64,000 nucleotides of DNA from Candidatus Fervidifonticultor secundus (GCA_031459385.1 JAVKIP010000014.1:1-64000); one strand, 5' to 3'. Numbered from the stretch's first letter, positions 19,230 through 29,610 are shown. The notes: generated by a model from the sequence alone, not told the origin. Numbers and translations: made by a program.

Positions 19230-20229
19230 GGATCCGTACCGCGCGCTCGCGCCGCCGGCGCTCCTGGGCGGCGGTGATCGCCGCCGCGGCGGCGATCAGG
19301 AGCCCGATGACCGCATCGTGCCAGTAAGAGGAGATCCGCAGCAGAATGAGCCCGTTGCGAATCACGGCGATGAGCAGCACGCCCAGGATCGTGCCGGCCA
19401 CGGTCCCTGAGCCCCCGAAGACGCTGGCACCGCCCAGCACCGCGGCGGCTAAGACGTCCAGCTCGCGCCCCACGATGGCGTTGGGCTGGATGATCTGTGC
19501 CAGCTGGGCCTGGACGAAACCGCCCAGCCCCGCCAGCAGGCCCATGTACGCGTAGACGAAGAGCCGCAGGCGGAAGATCGGAAACCCGGCCCGGCGCGCG
19601 GCTTCCGCGTTGCCCCCCAGGGCGTAGATGCGGCGGCCCACGACCAGGAAGTTCAGGACGAGCCAGGTGAGGAGTGCGGCCGCGGCCCAGAAGATGATGG
19701 GCGTCGAGAGGCCGTACACGGCGCCGTCGGGATTCATGAACCGGACGAGCTTGTACTGCGCGAACTCCTGAAAGGCCATGGGCAGGTCGGTGATCCAGGT
19801 GCCGCCGGTGAAGAAGATCAGCAGGCCGTAGAAGGTGCTCAGGGTGGCGATGGTGATGATCACGGGATGCACGCGCGCGTAGTGGATCAGCACGCCGTTG
19901 GCGGCCCCCAGCGCCAGCCCGATGGGGAGCGGGATGAGCAGCGCCACCAGCACGGGCTCCGTCGCCCGCGTGGTGATCAACAGCCCCATGAGGTACTGCG
20001 CCACCGTCGCCGTGGCTGTGAACGACACGTCGATCCCGCCGGAGATGAGGACGACCAGCTGGCCCAGCGCCACGATCCCCAGGAACGCGTTGTTCCGCAG
20101 CACGTCGAAGGCGTTCTCGGCCGTGAGGAACTCGGGCCGGCCGGCGGTGACGATCGCCGAGAGCACGACCAGGACGGCCAGCAGGTAAGTCTCGGGACGC
20201 CGCCCCAGCCGCCGGAGCGCGTCGCGCAT
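19219..20229 (-). CDS. Sugar (CUT2) ABC transporter permease
   Basis: SGGIDVSF, GGNAEAARRAG, ELDVLAAAVLGG. Confidence 0.92.
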   Translation of the reverse strand: MRDALRRLGRRPETYLLAVLVVLSAIVTAGRPEFLTAENAFDVLRNNAFLGIVALGQLVVLISGGIDVSFTATATVAQYLMGLLITTRATEPVLVALLIPLPIGLALGAANGVLIHYARVHPVIITIATLSTFYGLLIFFTGGTWITDLPMAFQEFAQYKLVRFMNPDGAVYGLSTPIIFWAAAALLTWLVLNFLVVGRRIYALGGNAEAARRAGFPIFRLRLFVYAYMGLLAGLGGFVQAQLAQIIQPNAIVGRELDVLAAAVLGGASVFGGSGTVAGTILGVLLIAVIRNGLILLRISSYWHDAVIGLLIAAAAAITAAQERRRRERAVRIHVA

Positions 20230-20234
20230 CGCCG

Positions 20235-21725
20235 TCAGGCGGTCAGCTGCCGGTGGAGGTCGGCCTCGCTGGCGGCCTCTCTGCCGACCTCGGCGACGAT
20301 CCGGCCGTGCTTCATGACCAGGATGCGATCACAGACCGCGAGGGCTTCGGCGACTTCCTCCGTGATGAGCAAGATGCCCACGCCGTCTTCGGCCAGCCGG
20401 TCGATGATGTCGTAGACCACGGCCCTGGCGCCGACATCGATCCCTACCGTCGGGCCGTCGAGGACCAGGATGCGGGGCCGTGTGGACAGCCACTTGGCGA
20501 TCACCACCTTCTGCTGGTTGCCGCCGGACAGGGCGCTGACCGGCTGCTCGATGGACGTCGTCCGGATGTCGAAGGCGCGCACGGCGGTGTCGCAGAAGGC
20601 GGCGGTCCGGCGCGGTGCGAGCAGCCGGCCGGGTCCGGTGAGGGCATCCAGGGCGGTGACGATGAGGTTGCTGCGTACCGGCTGCCGGGCCACGACGCCC
20701 TGTGCCAGACGGTCCTCGGGCACGTACGCGATACCCGCCCGGATCGCGTCGGCGTTGGTGCGCAGACGCACCGACCGTCCCTCGACGGCGATCTCTCCCG
20801 CGTCCGGCGGATTCATGCCGAACAGCGCCAGCGCCAGCTCCGTCTTGCCGGACCCCAAAGGCCCGATCAGGCCCAGCACCTCGCCGCGGTGCAGGGTGAA
20901 GGTGACGTCCCTGAAGTGCCCGCGTCGGCCGAGCCCGCGCACGTCGAGCACGGCGGCGCCGATCGGGTGCCGCCCGGGACGCCGGCGAGCGGCGATCGTG
21001 CGTCCGGTCATGTACTGGACCAGGCGATCCCGGTCCACCTCGGACCGCGCGAAGGTGCCCACCCTGCGGCCGTCACGCAGGACGGTGATCCGTTGCGCGA
21101 TCTCCAGCACCTCGTGCAGTTTGTGGCTGACGAACAGCGTGGCGATGCCGTGGGCCTGCAGATCCCGGAGGATGCCGACCAGACGGTCGACCTCTCGCTG
21201 CGTGAGGGACGCCGTGGGTTCGTCGGTGATCACCAGCCGGGCGTCGCTGGCCAGGGCCCGGCAGATCGCCACCAGCTGCTGGTCCGCGATCGGCAGCGTG
21301 CCCACCGGCGTCTCCAGCGGCAACGTGACCCCGACCCGCTCCAGGGCCGCCTGCGCGACGGCCGTGATCGCCCGCCAGTCGACGAGCCGGCGCCCGCCGG
21401 CGGCGACCCGGAGCATGGCGATGTTCTCGGCGACGGACAGGTTGGGGAACAGCGCGAGGTCCTGGTGCACGACCTGGATCCCGCGGCGCAGCGCGTCGGC
21501 CGGGGTGAGCCCGCGCACGCGCTCCCCGCCGATCTCCAGTTCGGCGCCCGGATCGGGAGACACCACACCCGTAATGATCTTGATCAGCGTGCTCTTGCCC
21601 GACCCGTTTTCCCCCACCAGGCAGTGGATCTCCCCGGTGCGGATCTCCAGGTCCACGTCTTGAAGCGCCACGACCCCGCCGTAGCGCTTGCTGATGTGGC
21701 GCGCGTGGAGGAAGACGTCCGTCAT
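20235..21725 (-). CDS. Sugar ABC transporter ATP-binding protein (two NBDs)
   Basis: GENGSGKST, DEPT, SHKL, LSGGNQQK, DGPTVGIDVG. Confidence 0.95.
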   Translation of the reverse strand: MTDVFLHARHISKRYGGVVALQDVDLEIRTGEIHCLVGENGSGKSTLIKIITGVVSPDPGAELEIGGERVRGLTPADALRRGIQVVHQDLALFPNLSVAENIAMLRVAAGGRRLVDWRAITAVAQAALERVGVTLPLETPVGTLPIADQQLVAICRALASDARLVITDEPTASLTQREVDRLVGILRDLQAHGIATLFVSHKLHEVLEIAQRITVLRDGRRVGTFARSEVDRDRLVQYMTGRTIAARRRPGRHPIGAAVLDVRGLGRRGHFRDVTFTLHRGEVLGLIGPLGSGKTELALALFGMNPPDAGEIAVEGRSVRLRTNADAIRAGIAYVPEDRLAQGVVARQPVRSNLIVTALDALTGPGRLLAPRRTAAFCDTAVRAFDIRTTSIEQPVSALSGGNQQKVVIAKWLSTRPRILVLDGPTVGIDVGARAVVYDIIDRLAEDGVGILLITEEVAEALAVCDRILVMKHGRIVAEVGREAASEADLHRQLTA

Positions 21726-21814
21726 CGAGAACGGAGGGGATGGGACCCGGGCCCATCCCCTCGTCCATGCGCGATCGACACCGGCCGCGGTGCGGCGGAC
21801 CCGGACCGACGGGC

Positions 21815-22849
21815 TCAGAAGCCCATCTTCCGTGCGTCGTCGGCGCTGCGCATCAGCAGGATCTTGTTGAAGCTGATGACCTTGCCCTTGATCGCCAGCT
21901 TGCCGAGGCCCGACAGCTCCAGGCCCGTGGCGAGCTTCGTCCCCTTGAGCATCTCGCTGGCCACCGCCACCATGCCGTAGCCGGCGTCCCGCGGGTCCCA
22001 CAGCTGCGCCCACTTCATGGACCCGTCGGCCAGGTACGCGACCGCCGACGAGGGAATGGCGCTGCCGCCCACGACCACCTTGTTCCTGAGTCCCTTCTCG
22101 CGGACCGCGGCCGCGGCGCCCAGCGGGCCCAGGCTGCCCCAGCCGATGACGGCGTGGAGCCTGTCACCGTAGGTCTTGGTCAGGTCCAGCACGGCCTTGC
22201 GCGAGTCGTCCACGCTCTCGGCGGTGGGGAGTCGCGAGGTCAGCTCCTTGAGGTACGGGTACTTTTCCCGGGCGTACTTCAACGCGACGTCGGCCCAGTA
22301 GTTGTGCAGGGGTACCGTCAGGCCGCCGACGAGCATGACGAACCCGCAGGGCGATGCCGTGGTGCACCGCACGCCAAGCTGCTTGAGACTGCGGTCCACC
22401 TCGTCGATGGCCAGCCGCCCATAGGCATCGCTGTCGATCATCTCGATATCGTAGTCGATGGCGGCCGTCTCGAAGGGTGACTCGTGGGTGAGGACCACGA
22501 TCTTCTTCTCGCGAGCCCGGGTGAAGACCGGCGTCAGGGCCTTGGCGTCGGTGGGCACGACGGCGACGGCCCCGACGCCGCGGTTGACCATGTCTTCTAC
22601 CATGGAGACCTGCGCCGCCGCGTCCGCGGTCGACGGCCCGACCTGCGACGCCTTCACGTTGAACTTGGGACCGGCTTCCTCGACCCCCTTGGCCATGCGA
22701 TTGAACCAGGGGATGCCAGTGATCTTCACGACCACGACCACCTCTTTCTGAGGCTGGCCGACGGCCCGATAGACGGCAGTGGGGAGCACCAGTGCTGCGG
22801 TGAGGAGTACCGGCAGGACGACCGTGACGAGCGCCATCCGCACCTTCAT
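21815..22849 (-). CDS. Substrate-binding protein, LsrB/rhamnose/polyol-like
   Basis: Signal peptide; VKITGIPWFNRM, LWDP motifs. Confidence 0.85.
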   Translation of the reverse strand: MKVRMALVTVVLPVLLTAALVLPTAVYRAVGQPQKEVVVVVKITGIPWFNRMAKGVEEAGPKFNVKASQVGPSTADAAAQVSMVEDMVNRGVGAVAVVPTDAKALTPVFTRAREKKIVVLTHESPFETAAIDYDIEMIDSDAYGRLAIDEVDRSLKQLGVRCTTASPCGFVMLVGGLTVPLHNYWADVALKYAREKYPYLKELTSRLPTAESVDDSRKAVLDLTKTYGDRLHAVIGWGSLGPLGAAAAVREKGLRNKVVVGGSAIPSSAVAYLADGSMKWAQLWDPRDAGYGMVAVASEMLKGTKLATGLELSGLGKLAIKGKVISFNKILLMRSADDARKMGF

Positions 22850-22931
22850 CTGCCCTTCCTCCTTTCCCGGCGGTGTCCGCACCCCGGGGGTTCGATGACG
22901 GCGACGAGAAACTCCTCCCCGTCACGTCCTC

Positions 22932-22977
22932 AGCGTAGGCGCCGCCGCGCGGCCGGACCATCCGGCGCGGGCCCGAT
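22932..22977 (-). promoter_or_regulatory. Box plus -10 of the sugar ABC operon
   Basis: ATCCGGCGCGGGCCCGAT 22960-22977, 22-nt gap, TACGCT (minus, 22932-22937). Confidence 0.7.
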
Positions 22978-23141
22978 TCGGGGGCGTCCGCCGCGCGGCC
23001 GGCCACGGGACGGCGCCAACGCCAGCGGCGCCTGGTGACTGCCGGATGTCCAAAGCGCGGCGGGGGGCGCCGGGCCCGGGTCCCACCTTGGGGGCCGGCC
23101 CGGTCGGCGGGAGCGCCGCAGCCCGGCGCCCAGCGTCGGGC

Positions 23142-23591
23142 CTACTTGACCACGGGCAGGTTCGCCGCTTTCCAGCCGCCCAGGCCGCCGCGCAGGTTGC
23201 GCACGTTGGTGTAGCCCCACATGCGCAGGACCGTGGTCGCCATCGCCCCCCGCACGCCGACGGCGCAGTAGACGACGATGGGCGCGCCGCGGCTATCGGG
23301 CAGCTTGTCCAGCGCCTTGGGCAGCTCGCGGATCGGCACGTGCACGGCGCCGGCGATGCGTTCGGCGTCCCACTCGGCCTTCTCGCGCACGTCGAGCACC
23401 AGCGGCCTGGCCGTTTCCATCAGGCGTTCGGCCGCCAGAGGGTCGATCTGGTAGAAGTCCGCCGGCATGGTGGTCAGCACCCGCTCGGCAGCCGCCAGCA
23501 GCGGCTTCTCGATCCACTCCTTGGTGACGACCGGCCCGACGAGCGTCAGGGCCAGAGCCACGGTCAGGACTGCGATCAAAGGTTTCCTCAT
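23142..23591 (-). CDS. Exported single-domain rhodanese (Sud-like sulfurtransferase)
   Basis: Signal/anchor MRKPLIAVLTVALAL; LDVRE, YCAVGVRG active loop, LRGGLGGW; AAGGAGG RBS. Confidence 0.9.
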   Translation of the reverse strand: MRKPLIAVLTVALALTLVGPVVTKEWIEKPLLAAAERVLTTMPADFYQIDPLAAERLMETARPLVLDVREKAEWDAERIAGAVHVPIRELPKALDKLPDSRGAPIVVYCAVGVRGAMATTVLRMWGYTNVRNLRGGLGGWKAANLPVVK

Positions 23592-23717
23592 CGATGTGTC
23601 CTCCTTTCGTGTGTTGGTGGGGTCCGTCACCTGCGACGGAACCCGCCGTTTGATGCCTCTGGCCGCGGCGCGCCGCTTCCGCCCCGCGGCGGTGCACCGC
23701 GGCCACGCCGTGCACTC

Positions 23718-24728
23718 CTACAACCCGCGCTGGCCGGCATACACCAACACCACCCGCAGCGCCAGGCCGCCGGCCAGCGTCAGCGCGCACGAGGCGACGG
23801 CCAGCGGCCGCGGGCAGCGATGGACGACAACCTCCCGCAGCGCCGCGCCCAGGGGCACCAGCATGCCTGCCCCGACCACCAGCGTCCAGAACGGCACCGC
23901 CCACGATCCCCGGACGAGCATGGCAGCCGCCGCCTGCGGCCCGGTGCCGGCGGTAGCCAGACCCGCGAGGTAGAGGCCGACCAGCGCCAGCTTGCTCACG
24001 TGCAGCCCTGCTTCCGCCCGCACCAGCAGGGGCACCCACGGGCCCCGCGGGACCAGCAGCATCAGCACCGCCCCCGCCGCCGACAACCCCGAGGCCAGGA
24101 ACAGTGGTCCGAGGACCGGGCTGTTCCACACCGGCCGTGCCACCATGGTGCCCAGCAGGATGCCGGTGTACAGGCCCAAGCCGATCCCCAGGGCGAGGTT
24201 GGTCCATGCCAGCGCGCGCCCGCGGCGGCCGGCCCACCGGCCGGTCTGTTCCGGCATGCGGTGCAGCCACGGCCAGCGCCGGCACAGCCCGCTGCGGACG
24301 CCGGTGGCGAGGAGGGCAGGGACCGCTGCCAGGGAGGAGGTGAGCAGAACCGCCAGCAGGATCCATGCCCCCCACGACATCGGGCTGGTCGGCCGCAGCG
24401 TGACGTAGAGCCAGAACGGCGTCCACCTGCTGCCCAGGTCGAGCCACAGCAGCACCAGGCCCGCCACGATCAGCGGCGGGACCAGCAGCGACGCCACCCG
24501 CACTGCCGGCAGGAACTGGCGTCGCCGCCCGGCCAAGTGGGCCCACGACGCGAAGATCAGCAGCCCTGCCGCCACACCGCCCAGGAACAGGTAGGTCGCG
24601 ACCTCCCACCCCCACAGGTGCAGGCGCGGGTTGAGCACCGCGTCGACCCGCTCCACCACCGGCGTGGGTACCGCGGCGACGCTACCAGCGGTGAAGGCTG
24701 TCACTGCGACCACCGCCGGGCCGATCAT
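23718..24728 (-). CDS. psrC: NrfD/PsrC membrane anchor
   Basis: WGWEVATYLFLGG, LDLG, SPMSWGAW, YTGILL, RPVW. Confidence 0.88.
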   Translation of the reverse strand: MIGPAVVAVTAFTAGSVAAVPTPVVERVDAVLNPRLHLWGWEVATYLFLGGVAAGLLIFASWAHLAGRRRQFLPAVRVASLLVPPLIVAGLVLLWLDLGSRWTPFWLYVTLRPTSPMSWGAWILLAVLLTSSLAAVPALLATGVRSGLCRRWPWLHRMPEQTGRWAGRRGRALAWTNLALGIGLGLYTGILLGTMVARPVWNSPVLGPLFLASGLSAAGAVLMLLVPRGPWVPLLVRAEAGLHVSKLALVGLYLAGLATAGTGPQAAAAMLVRGSWAVPFWTLVVGAGMLVPLGAALREVVVHRCPRPLAVASCALTLAGGLALRVVLVYAGQRGL

Positions 24729-25351
24729 CGACGCACCGCCGTCGCGCGGTCGCGGCCGGCCGCCGGCGTGGGGATGACCTCGCCGCGGGCCTCGGGTAGG
24801 CTCACCGCGCTGTTGAGGAAGAAGAACTTGGGCCGCGTGCCCGCTTCCGGCCGGTCGACCTCCACTCGCCGCGCGGCGGCCAGGGCGCGGCTGATGGTGC
24901 TTTGCGGATCGTCCAGGTCGCCGAAGACCAGCGCCTGTGTGGGGCACGTCTCGACGCAGGCCGGCTCGCGCCCCGCGGCGATGCGGTGATCGCACAGGGT
25001 GCACTTGTCGACGAAACCCCGCGGGTGCGGGTAGCGCATCCCGTACGGGCAGGCCGCCACGCACGCCCGACACCCGATGCAGGTATCGTAGTTGACCAGA
25101 CACAGGCCGTCCTGCGTCACGTACGTGGCGCCGGTGGGGCAAACGGGAACGCACGGCGGGCGTTCGCAGTGGTAGCACTGCATGTGAAGGAACGCCAGGC
25201 GCAGCGTAAGTGGGTCGTCGCCCAGGGCGACCTCGCCGATCCGGCGCCGGAAGAAGCCCTCGGGCACCTCGTGCTCCACCGCGCACGCCACGGCGCACGC
25301 CTGACAGCCCAGGCACCGGTCGAGGTCGACGGCCATGCCGTAGCGGGCCAC
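24725..25351 (-). CDS. psrB: 4x[4Fe-4S] electron transfer subunit
   Basis: CLGCQAC, CYHCERPPC..CP, CIGCRAC..CP, KCTLC..CVETCP. Confidence 0.9.
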   Translation of the reverse strand: MARYGMAVDLDRCLGCQACAVACAVEHEVPEGFFRRRIGEVALGDDPLTLRLAFLHMQCYHCERPPCVPVCPTGATYVTQDGLCLVNYDTCIGCRACVAACPYGMRYPHPRGFVDKCTLCDHRIAAGREPACVETCPTQALVFGDLDDPQSTISRALAAARRVEVDRPEAGTRPKFFFLNSAVSLPEARGEVIPTPAAGRDRATAVRR

Positions 25352-25353
25352 CG

Positions 25354-27603
25354 TCAGACCCTCTCCAGCCGCACGAAGTTCACCCGCAGCCCCGCGCCGC
25401 CGCTGACGGGGTCCAGGGCGTAGCGCGTCTGCAGGGCGGCGTCGCTGGCGCCCCTGGTGTGGGCGCGGCGCAGGCCCGGGGCGCGGTGGCCGAACCCGTG
25501 TACGATGTAGACGCAGTCGGGGCGGATGCGGGCCGTGGCGCGCACGGTCACCGGGCCGCTGCGGGCGCCGTCCTGGTTGACCAGCATCACCCGGTCACCG
25601 GTGCGCAGGCCCAGCGCCGCCGCGGCGCGCCGGTTCACCCATACGTCGTTGGTGGCCATGAAGCGTGTCAGGACCGGGTTGTTCTGCGTGCGGGCGAAGG
25701 TGTGCACCGGCGCTCGACCGTAGAGCAACCGGAAGAAGCCCTGGGGAGGGTCCGCCGTGGGCTCGTAGCGCGGCAGCGGGTCCAGCCCCGCCTCGGCCAG
25801 ATCATCACAGTAGAGCCGGATCTTCCCGCTGGGGGTAGGGAAGGGGGAGCGCGTCTTCCACTCCTCCAGGTAGGGCCTCCCCTTCTGGATGCTCACGCCG
25901 GTCTTCTTCATCTCCTCCAGCGTCAGGCCAGCCGAGTTGAGCCGCTGCTCCAGGTACTCCTCGATGGTGGTCCAGGGGAAGTACTGCGCCAGGCCCAGGC
26001 GCAGGCCCAGTTCGCGGGCGATCCACCAGCCGGGTTTCGTCTCATAGAGGGGCGCAACCACCGGCTGACGCAGCGCGATGAACGGCCGCTTGTGCGCCAC
26101 CGCGATCAGGTCGTCGTAGCGCTCCAGGTAGGTGCACTCGGGCAGGACGACGTCGGCCCACGCCACGTGGTCCTGGGGCAGGATGTCGATGACGACGTGG
26201 AAGTCCAGGGCCGCCAGCGCCCGCCGCGTACGCTCGGGGTCGGGCAGCGAGTGGAACAGGTTGACCGCGTAGGTCACCAGCCCCTTGATCGGATACGGCT
26301 CGCCGGTGATCATCGGTTTCAGCAGTTCCTGGATCGCGACGCCGCCCCGCAGGAACCTGTGCCGTACGCCATCGGCCCGGGGTCTGCGGCCATGGGTGGG
26401 CTCCGGCGCGGGGCCGCCGGGTCCCGCACAGCCGCCTGCCTCGGACCCGATGGGGAAGGGCGGCAGCGGGTACTCCTCGATATACGGCGCCTCGGCGATG
26501 TAGAAGCCGCCCGGCCGCCCCCAGTTTCCCAACAGCACGTTGACCAGGTACAGCGCCCGCAGCCGCTGGGTGTCGTTGCCGTACCAGACCACGTGCCGGC
26601 TGGGCACCACCACGGCCTGCGGGCGGTAGCGGGCTAGGTCGCGCGCGACCTCGACGATGCTCTCGGCCGGGAGCTCGGTGATGGCCGCCGCCCACTGCGG
26701 CGTGAACGCCCGCACGTGGGCCGCGAGCTGGTCGAACCCCTCGGTCCAGCGCTCGACGTAGGCGCGGTCGTAGAGGCCCTCGGTGACCAGCACGTGCATC
26801 CACGCCAGCAGCAGCGCCGTGTCGGTGCCGGGCTTGATGGGCAGGTACCGGTCGGCCTTGCTGGCGGCGGTCGAGAAGCGGGGGTCCACGACCACGACCT
26901 GCGCGCCCCGGGCGCGGGCAGCGGCGAACTCCTGCATCGGGGTGTTGTGGGCGTTCTCGCCGATGTGCGTTCCAAGCAGCACGATGTAGCGCGTCTGCTC
27001 CCAGTCCACCGGCTCGTGGCCACCCAGCGGCCGGCCGAAGGTCAGCATCGCCGCCACCTCGCGAGGCGCGGTGCACATGCTGACCGAGGGCCTAGCGGCG
27101 TTGGGCGACCCCCATGCGGGCGCCAGGTAGTCCACGAACCACTTGTCGCCGGCGTAGTGCCCGAAGAACGCCACGGCCTCGGGTCCATACTGCTCCTTGA
27201 TCCGCAGCAGCGCCTTCGCCGTGACGTCGAGGGCTTCGTCCCAGGTCGCCTCGCGGAACTTCCCCTCGCCGCGGGCGCCCGTGCGAATCAGGGGCCGCCG
27301 CAGCCGGTCGGGGTCGTACAGTTCGCCGATACCGCCCAGGCCCCGGGCGCACAGCCGGCCGTTCGACTTCGGGTTGTCGGGGTGCCCGTCCAGTTTCCAG
27401 ACCCGGCCGCCGGCCACGTGGGCCACGGCGCCGCAGCGCCACAGGCACATCTCGCACACGGTAGGGATCTGCGTCGTCGCCTGCTGGTACCAGACCCGCC
27501 GCGGGGACAGCAGCAGGCGCCGCAGCGCCGGGGCCGAGGCGGCTGTCGCCACCAGAGCGGTGCTGCCGCCGACGATCAGGAACTCACGCCGCGACAGCTT
27601 CAC
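25354..27603 (-). CDS. psrA: Tat-exported molybdopterin oxidoreductase, polysulfide/thiosulfate reductase family
   Basis: SRREFL Tat motif; CEMCLWRC..C cluster; SMCTAP likely Mo-ligand Cys; B and C subunits and rhodanese downstream. Confidence 0.85.
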   Translation of the reverse strand: MKLSRREFLIVGGSTALVATAASAPALRRLLLSPRRVWYQQATTQIPTVCEMCLWRCGAVAHVAGGRVWKLDGHPDNPKSNGRLCARGLGGIGELYDPDRLRRPLIRTGARGEGKFREATWDEALDVTAKALLRIKEQYGPEAVAFFGHYAGDKWFVDYLAPAWGSPNAARPSVSMCTAPREVAAMLTFGRPLGGHEPVDWEQTRYIVLLGTHIGENAHNTPMQEFAAARARGAQVVVVDPRFSTAASKADRYLPIKPGTDTALLLAWMHVLVTEGLYDRAYVERWTEGFDQLAAHVRAFTPQWAAAITELPAESIVEVARDLARYRPQAVVVPSRHVVWYGNDTQRLRALYLVNVLLGNWGRPGGFYIAEAPYIEEYPLPPFPIGSEAGGCAGPGGPAPEPTHGRRPRADGVRHRFLRGGVAIQELLKPMITGEPYPIKGLVTYAVNLFHSLPDPERTRRALAALDFHVVIDILPQDHVAWADVVLPECTYLERYDDLIAVAHKRPFIALRQPVVAPLYETKPGWWIARELGLRLGLAQYFPWTTIEEYLEQRLNSAGLTLEEMKKTGVSIQKGRPYLEEWKTRSPFPTPSGKIRLYCDDLAEAGLDPLPRYEPTADPPQGFFRLLYGRAPVHTFARTQNNPVLTRFMATNDVWVNRRAAAALGLRTGDRVMLVNQDGARSGPVTVRATARIRPDCVYIVHGFGHRAPGLRRAHTRGASDAALQTRYALDPVSGGAGLRVNFVRLERV

Positions 27604-28079
27604 CGCATGGCCACCTCCGGGTCGGTGCCCGCGTGCGCCTCGTGCAGCACGGGGCACCGCGCGACAGCGCGCTGCCACAGGTGTGCCTCGCGCTCCATCG
27701 CCCGCCGCACGAGGCAGACCGCCGTGGCCAGCCACTCGCCATCCAGACGGTCGCGCGGGATGCCGGCGCACGCCCCTGCGGTCCAGACCGCCGCGCGGTA
27801 CTGCGGGGCGCCGCCTGGGAGCATCACCAGCACGCGGAGGCCCGGGGTGTCGTGCTGCAGCGCATTCAGGAGCAGCGGCGTGGCATCGGCGGCGATGTCC
27901 CAGTCCAGCAGCAAGGCATGGGGCCGCCAGCCGGCCAAGCGGGCGTGGGTGTCCGCCAGCGTGGCGGCCTCGGCCACCTCCAGGTCGACCGGGAGCAGCG
28001 GGCGCGTGGCCTCCACGACCTCGCGGACGGTCTGTCGGAACTCGACGTGGGGTTCGGCGATCAAGAGACGGAAGGCCAC
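27600..28079 (-). CDS. Atypical stand-alone receiver-like protein
   Basis: RLLIAE, ALLLDW, LRVLVM, AGACAGI follow the REC fold pattern; stop overlaps psrA GTG. Confidence 0.7.
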   Translation of the reverse strand: MAFRLLIAEPHVEFRQTVREVVEATRPLLPVDLEVAEAATLADTHARLAGWRPHALLLDWDIAADATPLLLNALQHDTPGLRVLVMLPGGAPQYRAAVWTAGACAGIPRDRLDGEWLATAVCLVRRAMEREAHLWQRAVARCPVLHEAHAGTDPEVAMR

Positions 28080-28097
28080 GGTCGCATCACCATCCCC

Positions 28098-28222
28098 ATG
28101 GTGCGGCGGCGGCGCGGGAGGGAGAATCGGGGTTTCCCGGAGAGTTCGAAGGGAGTTTTCCCGACAGGGGGTCGAATCGGGCAGAGACCTGATGGCCGGC
28201 TGTCGCGCGGGCGTTCTAGACT
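28098..28222. promoter_or_regulatory. Divergent psr/gltA promoters with boxes
   Basis: ATCGGGG half-site at 28126 is 22 nt from CACCAT (minus); ATCGGGCAGAGACCTGAT 28176-28193 is 23 nt from TAGACT 28217-28222. Confidence 0.7.
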
Positions 28223-28284
28223 GACCTCGGACGTCGGCCTGAGCAGCCAGCAGCAAACCGTGGGCCGAGGGGGTGCGCGCAGTC

Positions 28285-29610
28285 ATGGGCAAGGACACGT
28301 TGACCATCATCGACAACCGCACCGGGAGGACGTACGAGCTTCCCATCCTCTACGGGACCTATCCCCGGTACGGTGCGGCCATCCGGGCCATCGACCTGCG
28401 CCAGATCAAGGTGGACGACCAGGACTTCGGGCTCATGAGCTACGATCCGGCGTTTCTCAACACGGCGTCGACCCGCAGCACCATCACGTTCATCGACGGC
28501 GAGCGAGGCATCCTGCGGTATCGCGGGTACCCGATCGAGGTGCTGGCGGAACGGGCGTCGTACCTGGAGGTCGCCTACCTCCTGCTGCACGGCGAGCTGC
28601 CTACCCGGGCGGAGCTGGACGCCTGGGTGCACGAGATTACCCACCACACGTTCATCCACGAGTCCATCAAGAAGTTCCTGGACGGGTTCCACTACGACGC
28701 GCACCCGATGGGCATGCTCATTGGCACCGTCGCCGCGCTGTCCACCTTCTACCCCGAGGCCAAGCAGATCCACGACCCGACGGTGCGGCGGCGGCAGATC
28801 GTACGCCTGCTGGCCAAGATGCCGACCATCGCGGCGTTTGCGTACCGGCACAGCCGTGGGCTGCCCTACGCGTATCCCGACAACGACCTCTCGTACACCG
28901 GCAACTTCCTCAACATGCTCTTCAAGACCACCGAGGTGAAGTACGCGCCGCACCCGGTGCTGGAGCGGGCGCTGGATCGCCTCTTCATCCTGCACGCCGA
29001 CCATGAGCAGAACTGCAGCACGAACGCCATGCGCGGCATCGGGAGCAGCCACGCCGACCCCTACTCGGCCCTGGCCGGCGCCGCCGCCGCCCTCTACGGG
29101 CCCCTGCACGGGGGCGCCAACGAGCAGGTGCTGCGCATGCTGCGGGAGATCGGCAGCAAGGACCGGGTGGGCAGCTACATCAAGCGGGTCAAGGCCGGCG
29201 AGGTCCTGCTCATGGGCTTCGGCCACCGCGTCTACAAGCACTACGACCCGCGGGCCCGGATTATCAAGCGGGTCGCAGACGAGGTGTTCACGGTGACCGG
29301 GGTCAACCCGCTGCTGGAGATTGCCCTGGAGCTGGAGCGCATCGCGCTGGAGGATGACTACTTCGTCACGCGCCGGCTCTACCCCAACGTCGACTTCTAC
29401 TCAGGGATCATCTACCAGGCCATGGGGTTCCCGGTAGAGATGTTCCCGGTCCTGTTCGCCATTCCGCGCACCGCGGGCTGGCTGGCCCAGTGGGAGGAGC
29501 TGCTGGGGGATCCTGAGCAGAAGATCAGCCGGCCGCGCCAGCTCTACGTCGGGGCCGACCTACGCGACTACGTGTCCCTCGAGGCGCGGGGGGCGGGGCG
29601 GGCGGCTTAG
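28285..29610 (+). CDS. gltA: Citrate synthase
   Basis: GILRYRGYPI, HADHEQNCST, GPLHGGANE, GFGHRVYK, YPNVDFYSG. Confidence 0.97.
   Translation: MGKDTLTIIDNRTGRTYELPILYGTYPRYGAAIRAIDLRQIKVDDQDFGLMSYDPAFLNTASTRSTITFIDGERGILRYRGYPIEVLAERASYLEVAYLLLHGELPTRAELDAWVHEITHHTFIHESIKKFLDGFHYDAHPMGMLIGTVAALSTFYPEAKQIHDPTVRRRQIVRLLAKMPTIAAFAYRHSRGLPYAYPDNDLSYTGNFLNMLFKTTEVKYAPHPVLERALDRLFILHADHEQNCSTNAMRGIGSSHADPYSALAGAAAALYGPLHGGANEQVLRMLREIGSKDRVGSYIKRVKAGEVLLMGFGHRVYKHYDPRARIIKRVADEVFTVTGVNPLLEIALELERIALEDDYFVTRRLYPNVDFYSGIIYQAMGFPVEMFPVLFAIPRTAGWLAQWEELLGDPEQKISRPRQLYVGADLRDYVSLEARGAGRAA

Noticed and set aside
23050..23135. Long GC hairpins after the rhodanese gene (similar ones at 23660-23705 and 56100-56235)
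   Set aside because: Ordinary terminator or stability stems; no evidence for an independent RNA
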